DNA of 63,939 nucleotides, the filler included, from Octopus bimaculoides (taxonomy: Eukaryota): NCBI RefSeq assembly GCF_001194135.2. It is 5 parts of 5 records of this genome, joined end to end, with 100 filler letters (N's around TTAATTAATTAA, not from the genome) between each part and the next. Parts side by side here need not be neighbours in the genome. Positions count along the whole stretch, not along the records: positions 1 to 26,798 come from NC_068987.1; 4 more parts are not named here. One strand, 5' to 3'. The first letter of the stretch is position 1, and every line of letters starts with the position of its first letter. Position numbers and translations under genes: made by a program. The notes under the pieces were generated by a model, which did not search any database, was not told the origin of the DNA, and saw nothing but the letters and a program-made list of their open reading frames with translations. Below, one piece after another: positions 12,781 to 22,749 of the stretch.

Positions 12781-14625
12781 TGCATGCATGGACCATTAAT
12801 AAGGAGTTAGTAAATCCAATACCCATGATACACTTTCAACTTCATACCCATTATTATAGGAGCAACAGGATATATAACAACCCATCTGTAGCAAAGTATG
12901 GTTGAACTTGGGATCTTGGGGAGAGAAAGCAAACCCCTAATTCATATGCCACAGTCATGATGTCTTTCTTTTCTTCTTTTGCGTCCATTTTAAAGCCTAG
13001 CCAGGCTCATGGGCCCGGTTTCCTGGTTTCTATGGCGTATGTGTTCCCCCCGCCAGCTGGACGGGACACCAGTCCATCGCAGCTTTACTCAAGAAACAGG
13101 AAGAAAGAGTGAGAGAAAGTTGGGGCGAAAGAGTACAACCAAGATCGCCACCACCCCCTGCCGGAGCCTCGTGGAGATTTAGGTGTTTTCGCTCAATAAA
13201 CACACACAACGCTCAGTCTGGGAATCGAAACTACGATCCTCCGACCGTGAGTCCACTGCCCTAACCACTGGGTCATTGCACCTCCACAGCCATGATATCT
13301 GGGACTACAAAAATCTGCAAGACCTTCTTAAGATTGAAAGGATGATGGTTAAAGGAAGATACTTTCTTTCACAACCTTGCTACCAAGTAGGTGGGCAGTC
13401 AAAATTTACTCTAGAATTAAAAAGAGAAAGAGAACGTGTGTGTGTGTGTATCAATTGTCAGGAAATCATAAATCTGAAAAAGAATCACAGTATCAAGTTA
13501 CCTTTATCCTGCATCAACGGTTTGACTACACCTTGCTGAAAAAGTCTACAGGCGCAGGAGTGGCTGTGTGGTAAGTAGCTTGCTTACCAACCACATGGTT
13601 CTGGGTTCAGTCCCACTGCGTGGCACCTTGGGCAAGTGTCTTCTACTATAGCCTCAGGCCGACCAAAGCCTTGTGAGTGGATTTGGTAGACGGAAACTGA
13701 AAGAAGCCCGTTGTATATATGCATATGTATATATATGTATGTGTATGTATATGTTTGTGTGTCTGTGTCTGTCCCCCCCCCCCAACATCGCTTGACAACC
13801 GATGCTGGTGTGTTTACGTCCCTGTAACTTAGCGGGAACGATAAAGGGAACGATAGAATAAGTACTAGGCTTCCAAAGAATAAGTCCTGGGGTCGATTTG
13901 CTCGACTAAAGGCGGGGCTCCAGCATGGCCACAGTCAAATGACTGAAACATGTCTGGAGTTGTCACTGTACTGCCTACTGTATTGCCTACATCCAGTTTG
14001 TAATTAATTCTAATTAATTTATATTTCACTATTATCTCCCCTGTATTCTTTGATCAGAATTAATTATCAAGTCAACAGTATATTCACTTCATTATGGTTG
14101 TATTATCAATTCATTAAAATTTCTATTTCTAAGCTCACTACATTAAATATATTTGTTCTGAGATTTACATTTGGGTAATATTAGATTATTTTTGTTAGAT
14201 TCAAGTAGGAAACATGAAAAAATTGAAATCAAAAAGTGAAAGATAAATAAGAAAACTAAAATCATTATTTATTCATTATCAATAAATACAGTAAGGAAAT
14301 TAATATTTATATATGCAATTTTTCATTTTCTTTTTTCTATTAATACCACAACTTTGTTTTCTAACAATTTCACAACCAGACACAAGATTACTTGATATCA
14401 GTATGTTGCATATCTTCATACATTTGCACACCTATTTATGTGTGTGTGAGATCAATAAGTATCCGAACTGTTGCCATAGTAACAAAGCTAAAGGATGCAG
14501 AGTGAAGCCGCTTGGCACAAATTAACCTTGAACTCTGCTGTGCATGCACAATAAGTTTAATCATTTTAGCTTATTTCCGCTGTTTACAGCAGTGCTTGGA
14601 AGGAAGGTGTGTAGTGTGTGATCAT

Positions 14626-14666
<41 letters not shown>

Positions 14667-17418
14667 TGTAGCCACCTTAACATGGCTGTCTGTTCGAGTT
14701 GACTCTACTGCAATTTTTTAATATAAATTTGCAGTAGGCTTCTTTCAGTTTCCATCTACCAAATCTACTCACAAGGCTTTAATTAACTCAAGGCTTCAGT
14801 AGAAAACACCCAAGGTGCTGTATTGTGGGACTGAATCTGAAACCACATGGTTGGGAAACAAGTTTCTTAACCAAACAGCCATGCTTTCAACACAATCAGC
14901 TAGTGCCTTCTACTGTAGCAAACCAATGCCTTGTGTGTGAAATTTGCTTGATAGAAATTATGAAGCTTGTCATTTACTCATAGTTTAGATGTATATAGAG
15001 AGTATTGTACCATGATGGTAAGGTCAACAGAAAAAGTACTCCAACTGGTGAGAGATAAATATTTTATAAACTCATTTTTATGTGCTACTATTAGTTTCAT
15101 GTGCCGAGAACATGCCAGACAGCATTTTTTTTACACATCTGGTGTCCTAGCATAGTCATCAGATACTGTCATGTGGGCAGTACCTGATGATTGTGCAAGA
15201 ACACCAGACATGTTAAAAAATACTGTCTGGCATGCTCTCAGTACATGAAACTAATAGCAGCACATAAAAACATATATTGTGTTTATTAAATAATTTATAT
15301 AGACATAAATTTGTTGTATAAGATATGGATTCAGAGAACCATGTGGCTATCACAGAAAGCTCCTCTCACAGATTCAGCTAACAGTCCACACAGTAATGCA
15401 ATATAAAGAAGTATAATGTAGAGTGTCCATGCAGCTGAAATCCAGAAGATCTGATCAATGAAATTTATTTCATGAAGATTATATAAACAAAGATTGTTGG
15501 GAGGTATGAGAGGCAAATACATTTATTTCACCGCTTGACATCCTTAGGATTATAACTGTTTTACAGCCTTTTTCATGTAGTAATAATTTTGGTGCGGAAG
15601 AAATTATGCTTACACATTTGCATTAATATGCATGCTTGGCATGCATATTAAACGCTAATAACAGTAAATCAATGCTTTCAAAGATCTGGGTGACATTAGT
15701 TCTACCTGAATTGCATAGACATTCCTTTAACAATCTTGTCACCCTTATAAATGCAATCAGCCAGTAATTGGTCTTGTTTGAAGCTTCTGACATAGATGTT
15801 ATTGTTCGATGTTGAATCCCCTTTCTATTACTAACCAGTCAATTGTAAAATGAGAGTGGGGCTTACTTGTCAGGCAGACGTCGAGGGTTCCAGTTGATCC
15901 GATCAACAGAACAGCCTGCTCGTGAAATTAACGTGCAAGTGGCTGAGCACTCCACAGACACGTGTACCCTTAACGTAGTTCTCGGGGATATTCAGCGTGA
16001 CACAGTCTGACAAGGCTGACCCTTTGAATTACAGGTACAACAGAAACAGGAAGTAAGAGTGAGAGAAAGTTGTGGTGAAAGAGTACAGCAGGGTTCGCCA
16101 CCATCCCCTGCCGGAGCCTCGTGGAGCTTTAGGTGTTTTCGCTCAATAAACACTCACAACGTCCGGTCTGGGAATCGAAACCGCGATCCTATGACCGCAA
16201 GTTCGCTGCCCTAACCACTGGGCCATTGCGCCTCCACTGTCAGGCAGATAAACTGGAGTAATCAGAATTGTTGTTTAGCCCCATGTCAGCTCTGGTCCAA
16301 CAAACTCATGATCTAAAGTATTCCATCCATGGCCATCATGTATTTTTTCTTCATCTTGTTCATCCATGGATTATATTATACTATATGCCTTTCCATCTTT
16401 AAGAAAGTAGAGCATGGTTTCAGGGTGACCTATTTACTGGCCATACAGCAGATTCTTTGTCACATACCTTGCTTGTTACTCCAATACAATAGCTGTAGTG
16501 TGATTTGAATGTCTTCCTCTATAGTTAGATGTTGAGTGCCCTAATCTTGCTATAGTTAGATGTTGAGTGCCTCTATAGTTAGATGTTGAGTGCCTCTATA
16601 GTTAGATGTTGAGTGCCTCTATAGTTAGATGTTGAGTGCCTCTATAGTTAGATGTTGAGTGCATCTATAGTTAGATGTTGAGTGCCTCTATAGTTAGATG
16701 TTGAGTGCTTCTATAGTTAGATGTTGAGTGCCTCTATAGTTAGATGTTGAGTGCCTCTATAGCTNNNNNNNNNNNNNNNNNNNNNNNNNNNNNNNNNNNN
16801 NNNNNNNNNNNNNNNNNNNNNNNNNNNNNNNNNNNNNNNNNNNNNNNNNNNNNNNNNNNNNNNNNNNNNNNNNNNNNNNNNNNNNNNNNNNNNNNNNNNN
16901 NNNNNNNNNNNNNNNNNNNNNNNNNNNNNNNNNNNNNNNNNNNNNNNNNNNNNNNNNNNNNNNNNNNNNNNNNNNNNNNNNNNNNNNNNNNNNNNNNNNN
17001 NNNNNNNNNNNNNNNNNNNNNNNNNNNNNNNNNNNNNNNNNNNNNNNNNNNNNNNNNNNNNNNNNNNNNNNNNNNNNNNNNNNNNNNNNNNNNNNNNNNN
17101 NNNNNNNNNNNNNNNNNNNNNNNNNNNNNNNNNNNNNNNNNNNNNNNNNNNNNNNNNNNNNNNNNNNNNNNNNNNNNNNNNNNNNNNTGTTTTGTTTGTT
17201 TGTTCAGGTTTTTTTTTTCTGCCAGTACCGCCTGACTGGCCTTCATGCCGGTGGCACGTAAAAGCACCTACTACACTCTTGGAGTGGTTGGCATTAGGAA
17301 GGGCATCCAGCTGTAGAAACTCTGTCAAATCAGATTGGAGCCTGGTGTAGCCATCTGGTTTCACCAGTCCTCGGTCAAATCGTCCAACCCATGCTAGCAT
17401 GGAAAGCGGACGTTAAAC

Positions 17419-17462
<44 letters not shown>

Positions 17463-20400
17463 GGTACAGCTGTGTGGTTAAGAAGTCAGCCTTGCTACCA
17501 CATGGTCCTAGGTTTTGTGCCACTGCACAGTATCATGGGCAAGTGTCCTCTACTGTAGTCCAGGTCAACCAATACTTCGTGAGTGAATTTGATAGATGGA
17601 AACTGTGTGAATGCCCATCATTGTGTACTTATGTGTATCATTGTGTTAGTTTCTAACTGCTTGGCAAGCGATGTTGGTTTGTTTATGCCTTTGCGACTTA
17701 GATGTTGGACATAAACAGTTCAATAGTACAAAGTAGTGGTGTCAAATAAATGAAATTTTTCAAACTGGTGCTACAGCATGGCCAGAGTTCAGTAACTAAA
17801 ATATAAAATGACAGAAAATAAATGCAGGTGTAGCTGTGTGATAAGAAGCTTGCTTCCCAACCACATGGTGCTAGGTTCAGTCCCACTGCATGGCACCTAG
17901 GGTAAGTGTCTTGAAGCTTATTAGCCATATTTCTTCATACTATCCCATCCACTATATGGCTCCTTTTAGATATTTGCATGGATTAGTGCCTTCATCCTCT
18001 TCATTATCAACATTTAATGTCTGTTTTCCATGCTGGCATGGGTTGGACAGTTTGATAGGAACTGGGCAGGGTCTGCACCAGGTTCCATAGTCTGTTTTGG
18101 TTTGGTTTCTACAACAGGATGCCTTTCCTAACACCATTTACTTTATAGAATGTACTGGATGCATTTTATGCGGTACCATCACCTGTGCTTTTTACATGGT
18201 GCCATCACTTCTGCTTTTTATGTCACACCATTACCAGTGCTTTTTATGTGGCACCATTACCAGTGTTTTTTTATGTGACACCGTTACCAGTGTGTTTTAT
18301 GTGGTACCATCACCAGTGTTTTTTATGGGGTACCATCACCAGTGCTTTTTATGTGGTACCATCACCAGTGCTTTTTATGTGGTACCATCACCAGTATCTT
18401 TCATGTGGTACCATCACCAGTGCTTTTTATGTGGCAAGGCACCAGTGCTTTTCATGAGATACCATCATGAGTGATTTTTACATGGTACCATCACCAGTGT
18501 TTTTTATGTGACACCATCATCAGTTCTTTTTATGTGACACCATCATCAGTTCTTTTTATGTGACACCAGCATCAGTACTTTTTATTTAGCACCATTCCCA
18601 GTACTTTTTATGTGGCACCATCACCAGTACGTTTTATGTGACACCAACACCCACACCAATTTATGTATCATCTATATAAATTTTAAATTTTTATGGAAAC
18701 TTCAGAAGAAGGCTAAGGGTTTATGTAATAAAATTACGTTGTACCTTGACACATCCTACTTATGTTTTAGTCTGCAAAAATTTTTTAATTTTTTTAATGT
18801 GCTTAGAATATAAGTATTGTACATATTTTAAATGGTTCATTTCTGAACAACGTTGCAACCCCTTTCACTACACCAGTACCTCCTTAATATTCATTATCCC
18901 TTTGTTAGTTCACGAAGCCTCCCCTCTGCAATGCACTATTGTACAGTTTTAAAAACCATTGGATTCAAAAGAGATTTAGCTAATTATTTCTAGCAAATGG
19001 AGTTCCTATGTAAAGGTGCCATGTTACTTCTTTTTGGTTTCTTTGTTTATAAGTGTTGTATTTTCTTATTTATTTTAAACAGAAGTAAAATAAGCTGTTT
19101 TAATTATGTCATTTTTCATACTTCCTAACTTAAGACTGATTTTTTACTGTTGTGTTTGCAGAAAGCCATTGCAGAATCTTTACAGCATCAATTTCTTCTG
19201 GTATGGTCCTTTAGGTATCACCATGGTCATTATAATTGGCATTGTATTCAGTAAAATTATTGGTGGTAAGTGGTACAACTATCTTATACAACAGTACAAC
19301 GTAATCCAGAATTTTTCTCAGTTATTAGGTAAAAAAAAGTAATTGCAGACCCTTCAAGAAAAAGATTATAATGAAATTGGCTGTCATAAGAAATTTACTT
19401 CCCAATGACATGGTTTTGGCTGTGACATTTCACATCTAGATATTAAAAGAGGACTTTTAGTTGTTAAACATGGTCAAGGAAAGACCTTCTGTCATACTCG
19501 CATATTTCTGTACTTCGGTCTGTCACTGGGATTCAGTGACATCTCCTCTGCCTCATATACAATGGTCTTTGTGTTGCATTGGCTATTCAGTTGGCATACA
19601 GTATTGCCTCTGTTTCAGGTATGGGTCATCTTACTAAAATTTTCTTTGTGCCAGGTGCACAGCTAAAAGAAACTCTCAAGGTATGTCTATCAAATATTCT
19701 TCTGCATCTATGCATTTTGGGGAGGTGTTTATCGACTAAACTAAGAAAAATCCTATTCAGTGAGAAAGGTGGCTGAATCACAAAATATTGCACTGAAATT
19801 TCCTCTCAATGGGATTACAGTCACACGTCAGGTGCAATCCCAGGAATTTTTCAAAAGGAAGGCACAAGGTCAGAATGGAATGCTATTCCAGGAGAAAAGG
19901 GCATAATAACATTATTTAGAAGGGTGCACTTCTTTTCTTGAGTGGGACACGTGCCCCTCAGGCCCCCACTCTTGGGTCCGCCTCTGCATGTAACTAATCT
20001 TATCCTTAAAACTGCTGGTGGCCAGGGCCTTGTTTTAGTTCTAGGCCACAGCATTGAAGGTCTCTTTACTTTAAGACAGGCTGGAGAAAGTAATATAGCC
20101 TATTCATTTCTTGATACCCTCATCAGTTCTAGACTTATTACACATTCAGAACTATGGTCTTTGACTGTGTTGAGTCTTGCCAACCCACTTTTTTGCATTT
20201 TTTATGCACAACACACATCCACCTGCCCTTGTCCTAACCAGTGCCATTTTAAAGCATAGGCACACTGGGCTCTTTCCTGAGAGCATGCAGGTCTAGGAGC
20301 CTCGGTGCATTGCTTTACCCAGCATCCTTACTACTGCATTCAATGCTGCTGCAGTTGACAAAGATGTTCTACTTATTTTTCATCTCTTTTTTAGGATTCC

Positions 20401-21502
20401 AAGACCCTTCAGCCGTGCCACGTACGCTCTTAAGCCCTATCACCTTAAAGATCATGGACAGATATGAACCTGAAGCAGTAAGAATACATTTAACATTCAT
20501 TTCATCATTGTTCTCTTCATCATCATTATCATTGACTTTGCTCTCCATGGTGGCATGGGTTAGACAGCTTATTTCTGCTTTCATAAACTTCATATTTGAT
20601 TTGGTTTCTATAGCTGGATGATCTTTCTAACACCATCTTTACAGAATGTACTGGATACTTTTCTTTTTTGTAACACCAACTTCAGTGAAGTTGTTACACA
20701 ATGAGAGGGGTCTCACAAGCCTAATCTATATATACATATTTGTTTAACCCTCAACTAAAAGAATTAGGACTTTATAACACCTAGCAAAAACATCTGGATA
20801 CGTGAATTCAAAGGCATATATGACCTAGACAACATCAAAGCTATGTGAAATCAAGGTCAACCGTAGAATTTTACAACAATATCAAGTTTCATATTCAAAC
20901 TAACCTCCCCTCACATCCTCCTGAATCCTAACCAATAAACAAATAACTGAATTCAGTTTGCTTTGAGCCAAGCTGGTTGAAAGACCCTGATCAAAGCTGC
21001 ACTGAAAATTAAGCCCAGCTGTATATGTAACTGTTCATATTCTGTGCAGCAGAAACATGTGTAGGTCGTCATTACCATAAAAATATATCGTGTGACATAC
21101 CGTAAAATAAAAGGAAATAAATTTTGAGGATGTACCAGTTTCCATATTCTCTATCGTTATAATTGTAATTATATATATGGTGAGCTTCTTTCAGTTTCTG
21201 TCTACCAAGTCCATTATCAAGATTTTGGTTGTTTCAAGGCTATGGTAGAAGAAACTTGCCCAAGGTACCATGCTGTGGGATTCAACTCAGGAGCATACAT
21301 TTTACCATACAACCACACCTGCTGCACTTATAAAAACTATCATTAATTTTCTTTTTGTTTTATATGGTATCTTTATATTTTTCCTTGTTTTTGTTTTTCA
21401 ATCAAGCCTTTTTTTCCTCTCTTTTTTTTTCAGGATGAAAAGTTCTATTTACAAAACATGGACAGCAATGAAACTCAAAAACTTAATGTCAGTCACGCAT
21501 AA
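1142..21502 (+). CDS. SLC5 sodium:solute symporter (SMCT/SMVT/NIS-like), 3' half of a multi-exon gene; 5' exons lie upstream of the window
   Basis: Eight AG/GT-bounded exons with compatible phases translate to [23 protein letters not shown]...[23 protein letters not shown]...[15 protein letters not shown]...[29 protein letters not shown]...[30 protein letters not shown]. The TM order and intron positions match what I recall for SLC5A8/SLC5A5/SLC5A6. Confidence 0.92.
1347..1680 (+). mobile_element. SINE-like repeat family B copy
   Basis: High similarity to other family B copies in the window. Confidence 0.85.
3141..3736 (-). mobile_element. tRNA-derived SINE family A (head ggcgcaggagtggctgtgtggtaag...ggttcagtccc), interrupted by an N gap
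   Basis: A/B-box-like head and internal microsatellite; near-identical to 13550 and 55237 copies. Confidence 0.9.
3788..3870 (+). CDS. SLC5 exon (0/2): [27 protein letters not shown](S)
   Basis: tttttctcttag acceptor and gtaggt donor; resembles [25 protein letters not shown]. Confidence 0.9.
5196..5742 (+). mobile_element. SINE family A copy (slightly 5'-truncated)
   Basis: Reverse complement of the 3141-3736 copy. Confidence 0.88.
6199..6305 (+). CDS. SLC5 exon (2/1): [35 protein letters not shown](S)
   Basis: ttgttttccag acceptor and gtaagt donor; aligns with STVSSGLNSLAAVTVEDLIKP. Confidence 0.9.
6950..7230 (+). mobile_element. Penelope-like element 3' fragment (GIY-YIG endonuclease C-terminus)
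   Basis: Translation ...[45 protein letters not shown] matches the PLE motif R...EA..I....P..N.K.EW; a second copy is at 54780-54900. Confidence 0.75.
8170..8330 (+). repeat. Single arm of the fold-back family seen at 10236-10617, with a hammerhead-like core
   Basis: gtgtcactgaagaggttacagatgtgtgatgaaagcttttcagacaatgg matches 10447-10500. Confidence 0.75.
8741..8788 (+). CDS. Candidate 48-nt in-frame cassette exon of the SLC5 gene ([16 protein letters not shown])
   Basis: tcctttcctttcaccag acceptor and AG|GTAAGT donor; symmetric phase 1-1 and stop-free between the 6305 and 10680 junctions; no family homology. Confidence 0.3.
9764..10132 (+). mobile_element. Helentron-associated (HINE/DINE-1-like) non-autonomous element
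   Basis: 5' aacaagagcactcagagtgcgcaaacctccgacaagg; 3' (CAAA)n then aatacctccacctttgctaagg(t)taggt stem-loop; subterminal repeat acctcc. Confidence 0.5.
10236..10617. repeat. Fold-back inverted repeat, arms about 170 bp (10236-10404 and 10447-10617), 42-nt spacer
   Basis: Arms are reverse complements on direct reading; related copies at 8170 and 26200-26660. Confidence 0.9.
10680..10747 (+). CDS. SLC5 exon (1/0): [22 protein letters not shown]
   Basis: aaatttcag acceptor and gtaagg donor; aligns with SVVYGALCIGMAALASLMGALLQ. Confidence 0.88.
10855..11160 (-). mobile_element. tRNA-derived SINE family C copy
   Basis: gggttccagttgatccgatcaa...gtggctga... shared with 15879, 31000, 40935 and 62090 copies. 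Confidence 0.8.
11231..11527. mobile_element. hAT (Charlie/Buster-type) MITE
   Basis: TIRs caggggttttcaaact / agtttgaaaacctctg; 8-bp TSD-like ggttaaaa on both sides (one extra A on the left). Confidence 0.8.
12336..12422 (+). CDS. SLC5 exon (0/0): [29 protein letters not shown]
   Basis: ttattttcag acceptor and gtaagt donor; aligns with [27 protein letters not shown]. Confidence 0.93.
12450..12535. repeat. (CAT)n/(CGT)n microsatellite
   Basis: Direct reading. Confidence 0.95.
13550..13950 (+). mobile_element. Full-length SINE family A copy
   Basis: Complete head to tail, near-identical to 55237-55646. Confidence 0.92.
15074..15270. repeat. Imperfect palindrome, arms about 95 bp, 9-nt loop (15169-15177)
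   Basis: tttttatgtgctactattagtttcatg...catgaaactaatagcagcacataaaaa. Confidence 0.9.
15879..16237 (-). mobile_element. Full-length SINE family C copy with 11-bp target-site duplication
   Basis: tRNA-like head gtggaggcgcaatggcccagtggttagg...gtttcgattccc; TSD tgtcaggcaga at 15868-15878 and 16238-16248. Confidence 0.92.
16519..16764. repeat. 23-bp minisatellite (ctatagttagatgttgagtgcct) x about 10, running into an N gap
   Basis: Direct reading; units nearly identical. Confidence 0.95.
17222..17457 (-). mobile_element. SINE-like family B copy with (GAT)n end
   Basis: Reverse complement of 1347-1680. Confidence 0.88.
18170..18650. repeat. Degenerate 26-bp minisatellite (gctttttatgtggtaccatcaccagt) x about 18
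   Basis: Direct reading; follows a family B copy at 18000-18170. Confidence 0.9.
19162..19265 (+). CDS. SLC5 exon (2/1): [34 protein letters not shown]
   Basis: tgtgtttgcag acceptor and gtaagt donor; last TM, aligns with LYSLSYLYFSTVGTLVTLLVGILVSLSTG. Confidence 0.92.
19400..19770 (-). mobile_element. Penelope-like element fragment (post-RT linker and start of GIY-YIG)
   Basis: Minus strand gives [27 protein letters not shown] and [16 protein letters not shown], matching PLE motifs IDKHFP..H.L.KIFN.NT.KVSYSC and CPL.G.C....IY.A. Confidence 0.8.
20395..20477 (+). CDS. SLC5 exon (1/0): (G)[27 protein letters not shown]
   Basis: ctcttttttag acceptor and gtaaga donor; DP..V...LLSP motif typical of the invertebrate SLC5 C-terminal tail. 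Confidence 0.85.
20750..21110 (+). mobile_element. Probable Penelope-like 3' end and pseudo-LTR with decayed hammerhead motif
   Basis: [11 protein letters not shown] resembles E..WI..L.T..P.GLN; followed by gacc-ctgatca-gctgcac...gtgcagc-agaaacatg...ggtc. Confidence 0.5.
21434..21502 (+). CDS. SLC5 terminal coding exon: [22 protein letters not shown]
   Basis: Long pyrimidine tract ending in cag; phase 0 compatible; ends in TAA. Confidence 0.75.
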   Translation, partial: DEKFYLQNMDSNETQKLNVSHA

Positions 21503-22129
21503 ATACTTATCGATCCTTTCAACTATGGTCTCATACGCCTTGGAGAAGAGGGCTGATGTTTTATGATATGGCTGGAACATGGGTTAGGCATTATTTTAAC
21601 ATCTAAATATCATAAATAAGGGTTTGGAATCTGATCTAAAGGTAATGTCCTTCCACTAGTTTCGGAGCCATTGAGAAAAAAATCATGAACACTACACTTT
21701 CTCTAAGACATGTCAAAAACATTTTTAAATAGTAAAAAAATTTTAATATCCTTTTATANNNNNNNNNNNNNNNNNNNNNNNNNNNNNNNNNNNNNNNNNN
21801 NNNNNNNNNNNNNNNNNNNNNNNNNNNNNNNNNNNNNNNNNNNNNNNNNNNNNNNNNNNNNNNNNNNNNNNNNNNNNNNNNNNNNNNNNNNNNNNNNNNN
21901 NNNNNNNNNNNNNNNNNNNNNNNNNNNNNNNNNNNNNNNNNNNNNNNNNNNNNNNNNNNNNNNNNNNNNNNNNNNNNNNNNNNNNNNNNNNNNNNNNNNN
22001 NNNNNNNNNNNNNNNNNNNNNNNNNNNNNNNNNNNNNNNNNNNAAAAAAAAATAGCAATCCATAATGTTGGATTGGCTGAACTATAAGTACATTGGATTG
22101 AATGCCTTGCAGTATTTGTTCCTGCCTTT

Positions 22130-22625
22130 TTTTACTTGTTTCAGTAATTTGACTGCAGCCATGCTGGGGTACTGCCTTGAAGGATCTTGGTTGAACAAAT
22201 CAATCCCAGGACTTTTTTTTTTTTTTTTGAGCCTTGTACTTTTTCTATCAATATCTTTTGCTGAACTGCTAAATTACAGGGACATGAACACACCAACATT
22301 TGTTGTCAACCGATGTTTAAGGACAAACACAGACACAAAGACATACACACATAGATACAAACTTATATATATTCTTTTACTCTCTAACATGTTTCAGTCA
22401 TTTGACTGTGGCCATGCTAAAACACTGCCTTATTTTGGGGGAGCACTGCCTTATTTTATATATATATATATATGATGGGCTTCTTTCAGTTTCCATCTAT
22501 CAAATCTACTCCCAAAGCTTTGGTTGACTCAAGGCTTAGTAGAAGACACTTGCCCAAGATGCCAAAGCAGTGAGACTGAACCCAGAACCATGTGGCTGAG
22601 AGGCAAACTTCTTACCACACAGCCA
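22130..22625 (-). mobile_element. Diverged SINE family A copy
   Basis: Recognisable tail, body and head segments. Confidence 0.8.
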
Positions 22626-22749
22626 TGCATTCTGAGTTCAAATCTTGCCATAGCCTTCATGGGTGGTTGACTTAATTGGTTACCCAGTTTAACACCACCA
22701 ACTGGCACCTTGAATAACTTTAACAGAATCTGCTCTATTGCAATCATCT

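Noticed and set aside
12419-12799. His-rich 126-aa ORF as the missing SLC5 exon
   Set aside because: Driven by a (CAT)n repeat; its only acceptor is in the wrong phase and there is no SLC5 similarity
13550-13630. tRNA-like sequence at SINE heads (also 16160-16237, 55237)
   Set aside because: Only A/B-box remnants fused to SINE bodies; no full cloverleaf
16424-16492. cag|GGT GAC CTA... as the missing GA..G exon
   Set aside because: Stop after 22 codons, poor hydrophobicity, weak pyrimidine tract
16519-18650. Tandem arrays as possible CRISPR arrays
   Set aside because: No unique spacers, no cas genes, and the DNA is clearly eukaryotic
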